DNA from: Acidobacteriota bacterium
Lineage (GTDB): Bacteria; Acidobacteriota; UBA6911; RPQK01; JAJDTT01
NCBI GenBank assembly: GCA_965263035.1
Contig: OZ253580.1
Span: forward strand, 3,008,001 to 3,072,000
Direction: 5' to 3'
DNA: 64,000 nucleotides
Both the position numbers and the translations under genes were made by a program. The notes below the pieces were generated by a model. It had not been told where the DNA came from. It searched no databases and saw only the letters and a program-made list of their open reading frames with translations. Below, one piece after another: positions 23,154 through 32,008 of this stretch. Numbering within the stretch: position 1 is the stretch's first letter; every line of letters begins with the position of its first letter.

Positions 23154-24068
23154 ATGAAACCGAATGACGCGCACTGCCATTTCTTTTCCCGGAACTTTAT
23201 CCGGACGCTGGCTGGTGAGAGAGGAATCCGGGGGGACGACCCCGTGGGCGATGCATGCCGAATTCTGGCATGGGATCCGCCCGGCTCCAACGGAGAGTTG
23301 GCTGACCGTTGGGTCGCGGAGTTGGATCGCCACCAGGTCGGCCGGGCGGCGATCATCGCCAGTGTCCCGGAAGACGAAGAATCTGTGGCGGCGGCCCTGG
23401 ACCGGCATCCGGGGCGCTTTGTCGGCTTCTTCATGGTGGACCCGACGCGGCGGGCGGCCGCGGAACGGGTGACCCGGTCGGTCACGGAGCTGGGGCTCCG
23501 CTGTGCCTGCCTGTTCCCCGGGATGCACGGGTATGAGCTCTCGGACCCGCGGGTGCTTCGCCTGGTGGAGCGGTTGGCGTCCGTGCCCGGCACGGCGCTA
23601 TTCGTTCATTGCGGTGTACTGACGGTCGGGGCCAGGAAGAAGCTGGGACTACCGGCCCGATTCGACCTCAGATATTCCAATCCTCTCAACGTTCATCCGT
23701 TGGCGCTGGCCTATCCCGATCTGCCGTTCATTCTCCCTCATTTTGGGGCCGGGATGTTCCGCGAAGCCCTGATGCTGGGAGATCTATGTCCCAATGTCCA
23801 TCTGGACACGTCCAGCTCCAATTCCTGGATTCGATACTCCGGGCTGACCCTGGAGCAGGTCTTCGCCCGCTCTCTCGAGATCCTGGGTCCGGACCGGATT
23901 CTGTTTGGAACCGACTCTTCATTCTTTCCGCGGGGCTGGCAAAGCTCGCTCTGGGAAGAGCAGTCTCGGATCTTGAAGCACGTCGGCTTGGACCGGGCCA
24001 GCCGCCGCAAGATTCAGTCCGCCAACTTCGAGCGGCTCTTCCCCGTCAAAGATTCCCCAGCAGTCTGA
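23154..24068 (+). CDS. Amidohydrolase-family protein
   Basis: DAHCH, FVHCG, PHFG, LFGTDS. Confidence 0.87.
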   Translation: MKPNDAHCHFFSRNFIRTLAGERGIRGDDPVGDACRILAWDPPGSNGELADRWVAELDRHQVGRAAIIASVPEDEESVAAALDRHPGRFVGFFMVDPTRRAAAERVTRSVTELGLRCACLFPGMHGYELSDPRVLRLVERLASVPGTALFVHCGVLTVGARKKLGLPARFDLRYSNPLNVHPLALAYPDLPFILPHFGAGMFREALMLGDLCPNVHLDTSSSNSWIRYSGLTLEQVFARSLEILGPDRILFGTDSSFFPRGWQSSLWEEQSRILKHVGLDRASRRKIQSANFERLFPVKDSPAV

Positions 24069-24510
24069 GCAGAAACGCTCTGGCCCGGTCGTAAACGCCG
24101 GGACTGGAGCTCTCCCTGGGACCGGCCACGTTCAGAACCTGGATCCGGTGCCGCCGGATCCATTCCATGGCCGGTTCGGTTCCGAATTCCTGGTCCAGAT
24201 CAACCCGCCGGCATGGCCTTCCTCGCCGCCGGGCTCGGTCCCAGGTGAGCCGGGTGCCGCCGTCCACTCGGGTCCGGAACAGGATGAGAGTCCCGTTCGA
24301 ATCTCGAACGTTCCAGTCGGTTCTCTGGTCGTATCGACAAAGAGGCGTCTCCCGGAGCGGATAGCAGTCATCGAGAGGACCGTCCTCGGCGCGGCGGTCC
24401 CTCGGGCACCAGCCGCCGCAATCGAGCGATAGCTCCAGAGCCACGTCCAGAGCCGCGCGGTCGACTCCCGTTTGTCCTCCCGAGACGATGCGATTCGGTC
24501 GGCCTTCCAC
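24046..24510 (-). CDS. Putative molybdenum cofactor carrier protein
   Basis: IVSGGQTGVDRAALD, GGWCP, RTxWNVRDS, LNVAGPRES. Confidence 0.87.
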   Translation of the reverse strand: MEGRPNRIVSGGQTGVDRAALDVALELSLDCGGWCPRDRRAEDGPLDDCYPLRETPLCRYDQRTDWNVRDSNGTLILFRTRVDGGTRLTWDRARRRGRPCRRVDLDQEFGTEPAMEWIRRHRIQVLNVAGPRESSSPGVYDRARAFLLRLLGNL

Positions 24511-24835
24511 GTTGCGCCTGCGCTCTCGTACACCGGGTCACGCACCGGTTCGAATGGATCGACGATACTATCCGCGACACCTCAACCTGCCATCCGCCCC
24601 GGGCTTCCCCGAATACCACCGGAGGATGTCGAGTATACGCGCGAGCGTCCGCCAGCCCGGCGATATCGAATCCGCAGTGTTTCTCGGACTCCATTTCGGA
24701 TGTGAAGTGTGTCCGGAAATGGCCTCGTCAATTTTTTGTCAGGGGTCCAAGAAGAAAAAATCGGAATTTAAAACAACCATATCGGTATAATTCAGTCTTA
24801 CGAAGATGCTCCTGAAAAAACTGCGAGGATGGGTT

Positions 24836-24942
24836 TGTGGGGCGATTTCAAGGGCATGTGGACAAGGTGTGGATAAATTGTGACTGTGTGAGCCATAAGT
24901 GAAGTTACAATTGCGGATAGGGGTTTGCAGCCGAAATCCACA
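24836..24942. promoter_or_regulatory. Cluster of DnaA-box-like 9-mers
   Basis: Perfect TGTGGATAA at 24868-24876, TGTGGACAA at 24857-24865, TGCGGATAG at 24912-24920, inverted AAATCCACA at 24934-24942, in locally AT-rich DNA. Confidence 0.5.
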
Positions 24943-24976
24943 AGAAAAAAGCTCAAATTCTTGGTGAAATTTCTGG

Positions 24977-25004
24977 TTGAGCGGTTCCGAGAAAGGCATA
25001 AAAT
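24977..25004 (+). promoter_or_regulatory. Sigma70-like promoter for the candidate large RNA
   Basis: TTGAGC-16 bp-TAAAAT; predicted +1 about 25011-25012. Confidence 0.55.
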
Positions 25005-25011
25005 CGTCCTC

Positions 25012-25478
25012 GTCCCAAGGGGTAGACGCAAGTTGGCCCCGAGGCGGCGCCGGTCGCAAGCGGTTGATCCAGCTCCAGGGTTTCGGCCTTGAAGGTGGGG
25101 AGGCGGCCAGTGGCGGGCGGGCGAGTTCCTCAGCCGGTCTCGGTCGGTTGAGGGGCAAGCGCCGAAGAGGCGCGCCGGATCTGTCGGAGCCTTCGGGCGA
25201 GGGCAGCGAAGGCGGGCGTTCAGAGGCTGCTATCAGGGTTGCGGCTCCAGGGCGGCGGGTTGCTTCGGATTGGCGTGAACCGGTGTTACCGGTGATCCTC
25301 AATGAAGGACGGTCCCCCTGGAGAGGAGTGGAAGTCGTCAGGGGCAAGGGCAGGTTCCTTCGGGAGCTTGGCTGAACATGGCGGCAGATGCTCCACTTGG
25401 GGGCGCGGAAACTGGCCCCACTCGGGTCGGGAGAAAGTGCCTTCCGAGGCAGCGCAGCTTGCGAATATCACTTGGGAC
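25012..25478 (+). ncRNA. Candidate large structured ncRNA (~470 nt), class unknown
   Basis: Closing helix GUCCCAAG/CUUGGGAC, several UUCG/GCAA-capped hairpins with G-U pairs, upstream promoter, downstream T-run. Confidence 0.55.
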
Positions 25479-25657
25479 ACTTTTTTTCTTCCGGGCGCTC
25501 ATTCCCAGCCACCACGGGTTCCTTCCCGCGCAGTGAGTGTTTACTTGCTGCGGGCCATTCCAATCTTTTTCCGGCGTCGCCGATAGCGTGATCGTTGGAT
25601 CTCCCGCGACGGATTCGGGGTATATTACGGTTTCTTGAAATTGGGCGAGATGACGGT

Positions 25658-27040
25658 GTGATCGTACTCAAGTTCGGTGGGACGTCAGTTCAAGACACGG
25701 ACGCGGTGACGCGGGCAGTCCAGGTCATTCGGCGCCAATTGTCCCGGGGGGAGGTCGTGGTCTTGTCCGCCATGGGCAAGAGCACCAATGGACTGCTGGA
25801 GATGGCTCGAACCGCCTTGTCCGGGGATATCGATTCCGCCTGGTCGATACGGGATCAGTTGTCGGGGTTGCACCGGACGGTGGCACGTGAGCTCCTCCCG
25901 GGCCGCCGATGGAAGAGTGTGGAATCGTCGCTGGCTGCCCTCTTCCAGGAGATGACCGATATCGTTCAGGGACTCCATCTGCTGGGGGAGACCAGTCCCC
26001 GGAGCATGGACCGTGTCGCCTCCTTCGGCGAACGTTTGAGCACGCTGATTTTCTTTGAAGTCCTCCGGGAGAACGGAATCCCCGCCGAGCTGGTGGACTC
26101 GCGAGATCTGATCCGAACCGATGACCACTTCACGAAGGCCGCCGTCTTGCAGGAGCTCACCCGGAGTTGCATCCGGGAACAGCTCCTGCCCCGGCTGCGG
26201 GCGGGAAAAGTGATCGTCGCGCCGGGATTCATCGGCTCCACAGTCGACGGGGTCACGACCACCATCGGGCGGGGAGGGTCCGATTACACGGCCTCCCTGA
26301 TCGGAGCCGCGCTGGATGCCGAGGATATCCAGATCTGGACCGATGTTCCGGGCGTTCTCACCGCAGACCCCCGCATCGCTCCGGACGCCTACAAGATTCG
26401 CGCCATCTCCTTTGCGGAAGCAGCCGAGTTGGCCTACTTCGGGGCCAAGGTGCTCCATCCCAGCACGCTGACGCCGGCCATCAACCGCGACATCCCCGTG
26501 CATGTCTGCAACTCCAGGCAGATCGACGAGCCGGGAACCTTCATTTCCGCGGCCCCCGTCTCCTCCTCCAGTCCCATCAAGTCCATTGCCTGCAAGCGGG
26601 GCATCACCATCGTCAACATCCTGTCCACCCAGATGCTGCTCTCCTATGGCTTCCTGCGCGGGATCTTCGAGGTGTTCGAGACTCACGAAACGGTGGTGGA
26701 CGTGGTGGCCACTTCCGAGGTCAACGTCTCCCTGACGGTCGATTCCTCGCAGGAGCTGGAGGCGATCTGCAGCGATCTGGCGGAGTTCGGCGAGGTCCGG
26801 GTGGCGCCCGACATGGCCATCATCTGCACCGTGGGCGAGGATGTGAAGGAAACCCCGGGGATCGCGGCGCGGATCTTCGGGGCTCTGGAGGGAATCAACG
26901 TTCAAATGATCTCCCAGGGCGCGTCCCGTATCAACATGACATTTCTGGTTGCGGAAGAGACAATGGAAGAGGCCGTCCGGCTGCTCCACAATGAGTTTTT
27001 CCGGCAGCCGGACCCGGAGTTGTTCGAGCCCGTCAAGTAA
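25658..27040 (+). CDS. lysC: Aspartate kinase
   Basis: VLKFGGTSV, GRGGSD, WTDVPG, GAKVLHP, two ACT domains. Confidence 0.95.
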   Translation: MIVLKFGGTSVQDTDAVTRAVQVIRRQLSRGEVVVLSAMGKSTNGLLEMARTALSGDIDSAWSIRDQLSGLHRTVARELLPGRRWKSVESSLAALFQEMTDIVQGLHLLGETSPRSMDRVASFGERLSTLIFFEVLRENGIPAELVDSRDLIRTDDHFTKAAVLQELTRSCIREQLLPRLRAGKVIVAPGFIGSTVDGVTTTIGRGGSDYTASLIGAALDAEDIQIWTDVPGVLTADPRIAPDAYKIRAISFAEAAELAYFGAKVLHPSTLTPAINRDIPVHVCNSRQIDEPGTFISAAPVSSSSPIKSIACKRGITIVNILSTQMLLSYGFLRGIFEVFETHETVVDVVATSEVNVSLTVDSSQELEAICSDLAEFGEVRVAPDMAIICTVGEDVKETPGIAARIFGALEGINVQMISQGASRINMTFLVAEETMEEAVRLLHNEFFRQPDPELFEPVK

Positions 27041-27093
27041 GGGCTGGCCGCGGCTCCGGCGTCCTTTGACTTTTGAGAAAGTCCGGGGTGGAC

Positions 27094-27792
27094 ATGAACA
27101 TCACGTTGATCGGCTACGGAAAGATGGGAAGGGCCATCGAGGCGGCCGCACAAGAGGCGGGAGACGAGATCGTCTACTGGATGGATATCGACGAGAATCC
27201 GCTGGAGGCGGGCTTCTCGGGCGATTGGATCGCCCGGACGGACGTCATCATGGATTTCTCGACGGCGCACATCGTTCCGTTGAACGTGGCCAACGCCGTA
27301 CGCTGCGGGATTCCCATCGTCGTGGGCACGACCGGATGGTACGACCAGATCGACACGGTTCGGGATTCGGTGATCCGGGGCGGCGGCGCGTGTGTCTACG
27401 CGGGCAACTTCAGCCTTGGCGTGCAGATCTTCTTTCAACTGACTCGCCGCGCGGGGGAGATTTTCTCGAGGTTCGAGGAATACCATCCGTACCTGGCGGA
27501 GACCCACCATGTCCAGAAGCTGGACGCGCCCTCGGGCACCGCAGTCACCATGGAGAACATACTGGCCGAGTGCTACGGTCGTCCCGTGAACGCCGTCAGC
27601 GTCCGGGCAGGATATTTCCCAGGGATCCACGTCGCCGGTTTCGACTCGGCGGTGGATACCATCACGCTGGAGCACCAGGCGCGCAGCCGGGACGGATTCG
27701 CCCGGGGCGCGCTCTTCGCCGGTCGATGGATCCAGGCCAAGCAGGGCTTCCATGCCTTCGAGGATGCCGTTTTCGGAGAGGAAAATGACTGA
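27094..27792 (+). CDS. dapB: 4-hydroxy-tetrahydrodipicolinate reductase
   Basis: GYGKMG, VGTTG, ETHHVQKLDAPSGTA. Confidence 0.95.
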   Translation: MNITLIGYGKMGRAIEAAAQEAGDEIVYWMDIDENPLEAGFSGDWIARTDVIMDFSTAHIVPLNVANAVRCGIPIVVGTTGWYDQIDTVRDSVIRGGGACVYAGNFSLGVQIFFQLTRRAGEIFSRFEEYHPYLAETHHVQKLDAPSGTAVTMENILAECYGRPVNAVSVRAGYFPGIHVAGFDSAVDTITLEHQARSRDGFARGALFAGRWIQAKQGFHAFEDAVFGEEND

Positions 27793-28681
27793 CATCAAAG
27801 GCTGTGGAACCGCCCTGGTCACCCCCTTCACATCTCAGCGTGATGTGGACCTGGCCGCGTACCGCAAGTTGGTGGAGTGGCAGATCGAATCGGGAATCGA
27901 CTTCCTGGTGCCCTGCGGGACCACCGGCGAGAGCGTCACCCTGACTGAGGAGGAGTATTCCCAGGTCATTCGGGCCTGTGTGGAGACGGCGTCGGGAGCG
28001 GTTCCGGTGGTGGCCGGAGCGGGGACCAACGACACGCTTTACGCTGTCCAACTGGCGCATGTCGCTCAGGAAGAAGGCGCGGACGCCATCCTTTCGGTGA
28101 CTCCCTATTACAACAAGCCGACCCCCGAGGGAACTTTCCTGCATTTTTTCGAAGTCGTCCGTTACCTGGACATCCCCCTGGTGTTCTACAACGTCCCGGG
28201 GAGGACCGGCACCAACATCTCGGTGGATACCCAGCTTCGCCTGGCCGGAGTGGACAACATCGTAGGAGTCAAGGAGGCCAGCGGGAATCTGGATCAGATC
28301 ATGGATCTGCTGAGGCGGCGGCCCGACGGGTTCCTGGTCCTTTCGGGCGATGACAGCCTGGCCTTTCCCATGGCCTGCCTGGGCGCCGAAGGTGTCATCT
28401 CCGTGGCCAGCAACGTGATCCCGGCCGAGATGTCCCGCATGATGGCCCTGGTCCGGGAGCAGGAGCTGGCCGAGGCGCGGGCCTTGCACCACCGCTATCT
28501 CAATCTCATGAACCTCAATTTTGTGGAGTCCAACCCCATCCCGGTCAAGTACGCCCTGTCCCGAATGGGCCGCCTGACCGAGTCCTATCGATTGCCCCTC
28601 TGCCCCATGGTTGCGGGAAACAAGGAGAAGATAGACCGGGAGCTGGACCGCCTCGAGTTGTGCCATGTCGGAAGCCATTGA
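27785..28681 (+). CDS. dapA: 4-hydroxy-tetrahydrodipicolinate synthase
   Basis: [32 protein letters not shown]. Confidence 0.96.
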   Translation: MTDIKGCGTALVTPFTSQRDVDLAAYRKLVEWQIESGIDFLVPCGTTGESVTLTEEEYSQVIRACVETASGAVPVVAGAGTNDTLYAVQLAHVAQEEGADAILSVTPYYNKPTPEGTFLHFFEVVRYLDIPLVFYNVPGRTGTNISVDTQLRLAGVDNIVGVKEASGNLDQIMDLLRRRPDGFLVLSGDDSLAFPMACLGAEGVISVASNVIPAEMSRMMALVREQELAEARALHHRYLNLMNLNFVESNPIPVKYALSRMGRLTESYRLPLCPMVAGNKEKIDRELDRLELCHVGSH

Positions 28682-29483
28682 GCGCCTTTTCGAAGCCGAG
28701 GAATTCACTCCGCAGGATCGAGTCACCCTGGACGCCTTCCTGGACGACCTGGATTCGGGACGGGTTCGGGCGGCCGAGAAGGTGGACGGGGAGTGGAGAG
28801 TCAACGGCTGGGTCAAGAAGGGCATACTCGCCGGCTTCCGGATGGGAGTTCTCACCGACGTCTCCATCAATGACGGGTTCCGATACTTCGACAAGGACAC
28901 GTTTCCCCTGAAGCGGTTCTCGCTTTCCTCCGGTGTGCGCATCGTGCCGGGGGGCTCGTCGATCCGCCGCGGTTGCCATGTGGCCGCAGGGGTGACCTGC
29001 ATGCCCCCCATGTACATCAACGCCGGCGCCTACGTGGACGAGGGGACCATGGTCGATTCCCATGCCCTGGTCGGATCCTGTGCCCAGATCGGGAAGCGGG
29101 TGCACCTCAGCGCCGGATGCCAGATCGGCGGCGTGCTGGAGCCGGTGGGGGCCCTTCCTGTGATCGTGGAGGACGATGCCCTGGTGGGTGGCAACACAGG
29201 AGTCTACGAGGGCACCATCGTCGGGCGGGAAGCGGTCTTGGCCGCAGGTGTCATTCTGACGGGCTCGACCCCGGTCTACGATCTGGTCCATGAGACCGTC
29301 TACCGGTCCGCGCCCGGTTCTCCTTTGAAGATTCCTCCCGGCGCAGTCGTCGTGCCCGGATCCCGGCCCGTGCGCAAAGGCTTCGGGAGGCAACATGGCC
29401 TGTCCCTTTACGCTCCGGTAATCGTCAAGTACCGGGATCCCAAAACCGAGGGGTCGGTCCAACTCGAAGACCTGCTCCGCTAG
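28665..29483 (+). CDS. dapD: Tetrahydrodipicolinate N-succinyltransferase
   Basis: [22 protein letters not shown] hexapeptide repeats; the G of the TAG stop is the first base of MITE copy 3. Confidence 0.94.
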   Translation: MSEAIERLFEAEEFTPQDRVTLDAFLDDLDSGRVRAAEKVDGEWRVNGWVKKGILAGFRMGVLTDVSINDGFRYFDKDTFPLKRFSLSSGVRIVPGGSSIRRGCHVAAGVTCMPPMYINAGAYVDEGTMVDSHALVGSCAQIGKRVHLSAGCQIGGVLEPVGALPVIVEDDALVGGNTGVYEGTIVGREAVLAAGVILTGSTPVYDLVHETVYRSAPGSPLKIPPGAVVVPGSRPVRKGFGRQHGLSLYAPVIVKYRDPKTEGSVQLEDLLR

Positions 29484-29643
29484 GAGTCTGCGCCGTAGAA
29501 ATGATCGTAGCGAGAAAGTGGGGAATCGAGGCCAGATTTTCTCGATTTGGAGGTGCATAGTTGTTCTATTCGCCGAGAAATCGAGGAAATATGGACCGAT
29601 TCTACCGCTTTCGCAGTAGATCAATTTCTGCGGCGCAGGCTCC
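29483..29643 (-). mobile_element. 161-bp MITE-like element, copy 3 (inverted)
   Basis: Reverse complement of copy 1; flanked TA/TA. Confidence 0.9.
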
Positions 29644-29705
29644 TAACGGCCCGTGGTGATGGTCGCCGCGGATCGGCACGTTCGTCCCTTTCCCGCCGGT
29701 TCCCC

Positions 29706-30854
29706 ATGAGTCCCAGATTCGCCCGACGCCTGGACGGTATCGAGATCTCGATGATCCGCCAGATCATGTCCCGGGCCGCGGGCTGCGTGAATCTGGGACT
29801 GGGTGAGCCGGAGTTCGCCGATCCCCCATTGGTCCGGGAACAGGCTCGCCGGATCTTGGAGGGCGGACGGATCGGATACTCCCCCAACGCCGGGGTCCCC
29901 GAGCTCTGCCGCCGAATCCACGAATACCACGGCGGCCGCGACGATCATTCGGTCTGTGTGACCAACGGAAGCCAGGAGGCACTGTTCGACGTCGTGTTCG
30001 CCCTGGTGGGACCGGGGGACGAAGTTCTGGTTCCCAATCCCGGGTACGTCACCTACCCGACGGCGGTCCGCTTGGCCGGGGCAACGCCGGTCCCTTATCC
30101 CTTGAGGGCAGGCAACGGCTTCCAGTTGGATCTGGATGAGCTCGCGGCCCTGGTCTCACCTCGAACTCGGGCGTTGATCCTCAATTCGCCTTCCAATCCG
30201 ACGGGCCGGAGCCTCAGTCTGAAACAACTGCAGGGTGCGGCGCGTCTGGCCGACGAGAGAGACCTGGTGCTCGTCAGCGACGAGATCTACCGGGAGACCT
30301 ATTTCGGGTCGCCACCGCCGTCGGCCATGGACGCGGCAAACGACGCCGTCGTCATCTGCGGGCTCTCCAAGGCGGCCGCCATGACCGGGTGGCGACTGGG
30401 GTGGGCCTGCGGGTCCCAGGCCATCATCGACAAGGTGACGGTGCTTCACCAGAACACCTCCATCTGTGCATCCACGTTGACTCAAAGGGCGGCTCTGACG
30501 CTGTTTACGTCGGAAGGCAGGAACGAGATCGACCGGATGCGGCGGCGAATGGTGCGGAATTTCCGATTTACCTGCCGTTGGCTCGACCAGCGGATGGGAC
30601 AGCCATTCGTTCGGCCCGACGGAGCCTTCTACGTCATGGTCTCCATCGAGGAAACGGGTCTCGACAGCCTCTCGGCGAGTCTGGCGCTGCTCCAGGACAA
30701 GGTGGCCACGATTCCCGGTGCCGCCTTCGGCTCCGAGGGAGAAGGCTACCTGAGGCTTTCGTTTGCCTGTCGGCCCGAATCGCTGGAACGTGGGCTCCGG
30801 CGGTTCGAGGCGGGCATCAACAGGCTCATTCAGAATCGGAAACAGTGCAGGTGA
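29706..30854 (+). CDS. PLP-dependent class I/II aminotransferase
   Basis: NLGLGEP, NSPSNPTG, SDEIY, SKAAAMTGWRLG. Confidence 0.92.
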   Translation: MSPRFARRLDGIEISMIRQIMSRAAGCVNLGLGEPEFADPPLVREQARRILEGGRIGYSPNAGVPELCRRIHEYHGGRDDHSVCVTNGSQEALFDVVFALVGPGDEVLVPNPGYVTYPTAVRLAGATPVPYPLRAGNGFQLDLDELAALVSPRTRALILNSPSNPTGRSLSLKQLQGAARLADERDLVLVSDEIYRETYFGSPPPSAMDAANDAVVICGLSKAAAMTGWRLGWACGSQAIIDKVTVLHQNTSICASTLTQRAALTLFTSEGRNEIDRMRRRMVRNFRFTCRWLDQRMGQPFVRPDGAFYVMVSIEETGLDSLSASLALLQDKVATIPGAAFGSEGEGYLRLSFACRPESLERGLRRFEAGINRLIQNRKQCR

Positions 30855-30858
30855 TCCC

Positions 30859-31662
30859 ATGGCCTCCCCACCCATCATCACCTTCAGCAGCGATTTCGGG
30901 AGCAGCGGCCCCTACGTCGGCGCGGTCAAGGGAGCCATCCTGCAGATCTGTCCTCAGGCCCGGATCGTAGATATCAGCCACGAGATCTCCTCCCACAACA
31001 TTCTCGAGGCCGCATTCAATCTGGCCTGCAGCTATTCCTACTTCCCGGCCGGGACCATTCACTTGGCCGTGGTCGATCCGGGGGTGGGCTCGGAGCGGCG
31101 AGGCATCGTCGTCTCCACGGAACGGTATCGCTTCGTGGGCCCGGACAACGGTCTATTCACGCTGATCTATCGGCGGGAGAAGGTGAAACAGGTCATCTCC
31201 ATCGAGTCGGCGAGGCATTGCCGAGAAACGGTGTCGGCCACCTTTCACGGGCGGGACGTCTTCGGCCCCGCCGCGGCCTGGCTGGCCTGCGGTTTGGAAC
31301 CGGATCAACTGGGGCCGGAGGTGACGGATTGGCACCGACTGCCGCTGACCCTTCTGCAACGGGAGGAGTCGGGCCGAATCCGCGGAGTGGTGCTGCAGGT
31401 CGACCGGTTCGGCAACGTCATCACCAGCGTCCACGACCGCGAACTCCGAGATCTCCTGGGTTATCAGCCACAATTGGTGGAGTTTTCGGCCGGGGGCCGA
31501 AGAATCGGCCGGCGTTGCCGCACCTACGCCGAGGCGCCGCCGGGAGAACTCGTCTATCTGAAGGGGAGCAGCGGGTACTACGAGATCGCCGTCTCCGAGC
31601 GGTCGGCAGCCGAGATTCTAGGCCTGACGGTGGGAGACCCGGTCCAGGTCACGGTTCGTTAG
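30859..31662 (+). CDS. SAM hydroxide adenosyltransferase / chlorinase-fluorinase family (DUF62)
   Basis: SDFG, VVDPGVG, GPDNG, TFHGRD, VDRFGN. Confidence 0.9.
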   Translation: MASPPIITFSSDFGSSGPYVGAVKGAILQICPQARIVDISHEISSHNILEAAFNLACSYSYFPAGTIHLAVVDPGVGSERRGIVVSTERYRFVGPDNGLFTLIYRREKVKQVISIESARHCRETVSATFHGRDVFGPAAAWLACGLEPDQLGPEVTDWHRLPLTLLQREESGRIRGVVLQVDRFGNVITSVHDRELRDLLGYQPQLVEFSAGGRRIGRRCRTYAEAPPGELVYLKGSSGYYEIAVSERSAAEILGLTVGDPVQVTVR

Positions 31663-32008
31663 CCCGCAGAGCTTTGCGAAGGACGTCCACGGCCAGGTCC
31701 GCAGCATGCAGCTTGTGGGAAGGCAGCCCTCCCAGGTAGTCCAGGATCGATTCGGCCGTGATTTTCCGGCACTCCCGGCTCCGGCGATTCCGGCACATTT
31801 GGGTTACAGCGGCGGAGGCGGCGATGGCGGCCGGGCAGCCATAGGTCTCGAAGCGGCTGTCCACCACGATGTCCTGCTGCAGCTTCAGATAGAGATGGGT
31901 GATGTCGCCGCAGATCGGGTTCTCGGCTCGGGCCGTATGGGTGGCGCCGGCAAGGCTTCCCCGGTTGGGAAGCTCACGAATGAGTTCTTTGGCCTTCTCG
32001 CTGTACAC
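31649..32008 (-). CDS. iscU: IscU/NifU-N-like Fe-S scaffold
   Basis: NPICGD, YGCPAAIAS; third Cys position reads KLHA. Confidence 0.8.
   Translation of the reverse strand: MYSEKAKELIRELPNRGSLAGATHTARAENPICGDITHLYLKLQQDIVVDSRFETYGCPAAIAASAAVTQMCRNRRSRECRKITAESILDYLGGLPSHKLHAADLAVDVLRKALRANEP

Noticed and set aside
25100-25330. Lysine riboswitch upstream of lysC
   Set aside because: GAGGCGC, GCCGAA and CUGUC words exist but in the wrong order and spacing; no AGUA/GAAAGG loop-E or closing GGAG.GCUA.
25385-25445. Permuted tmRNA or RNase P RNA
   Set aside because: CUCCAC...GGGGGCG has no T-arm or CCA; GGAGAAAGUGCC is not GAGGAAAGUCC and has no P4 partner.
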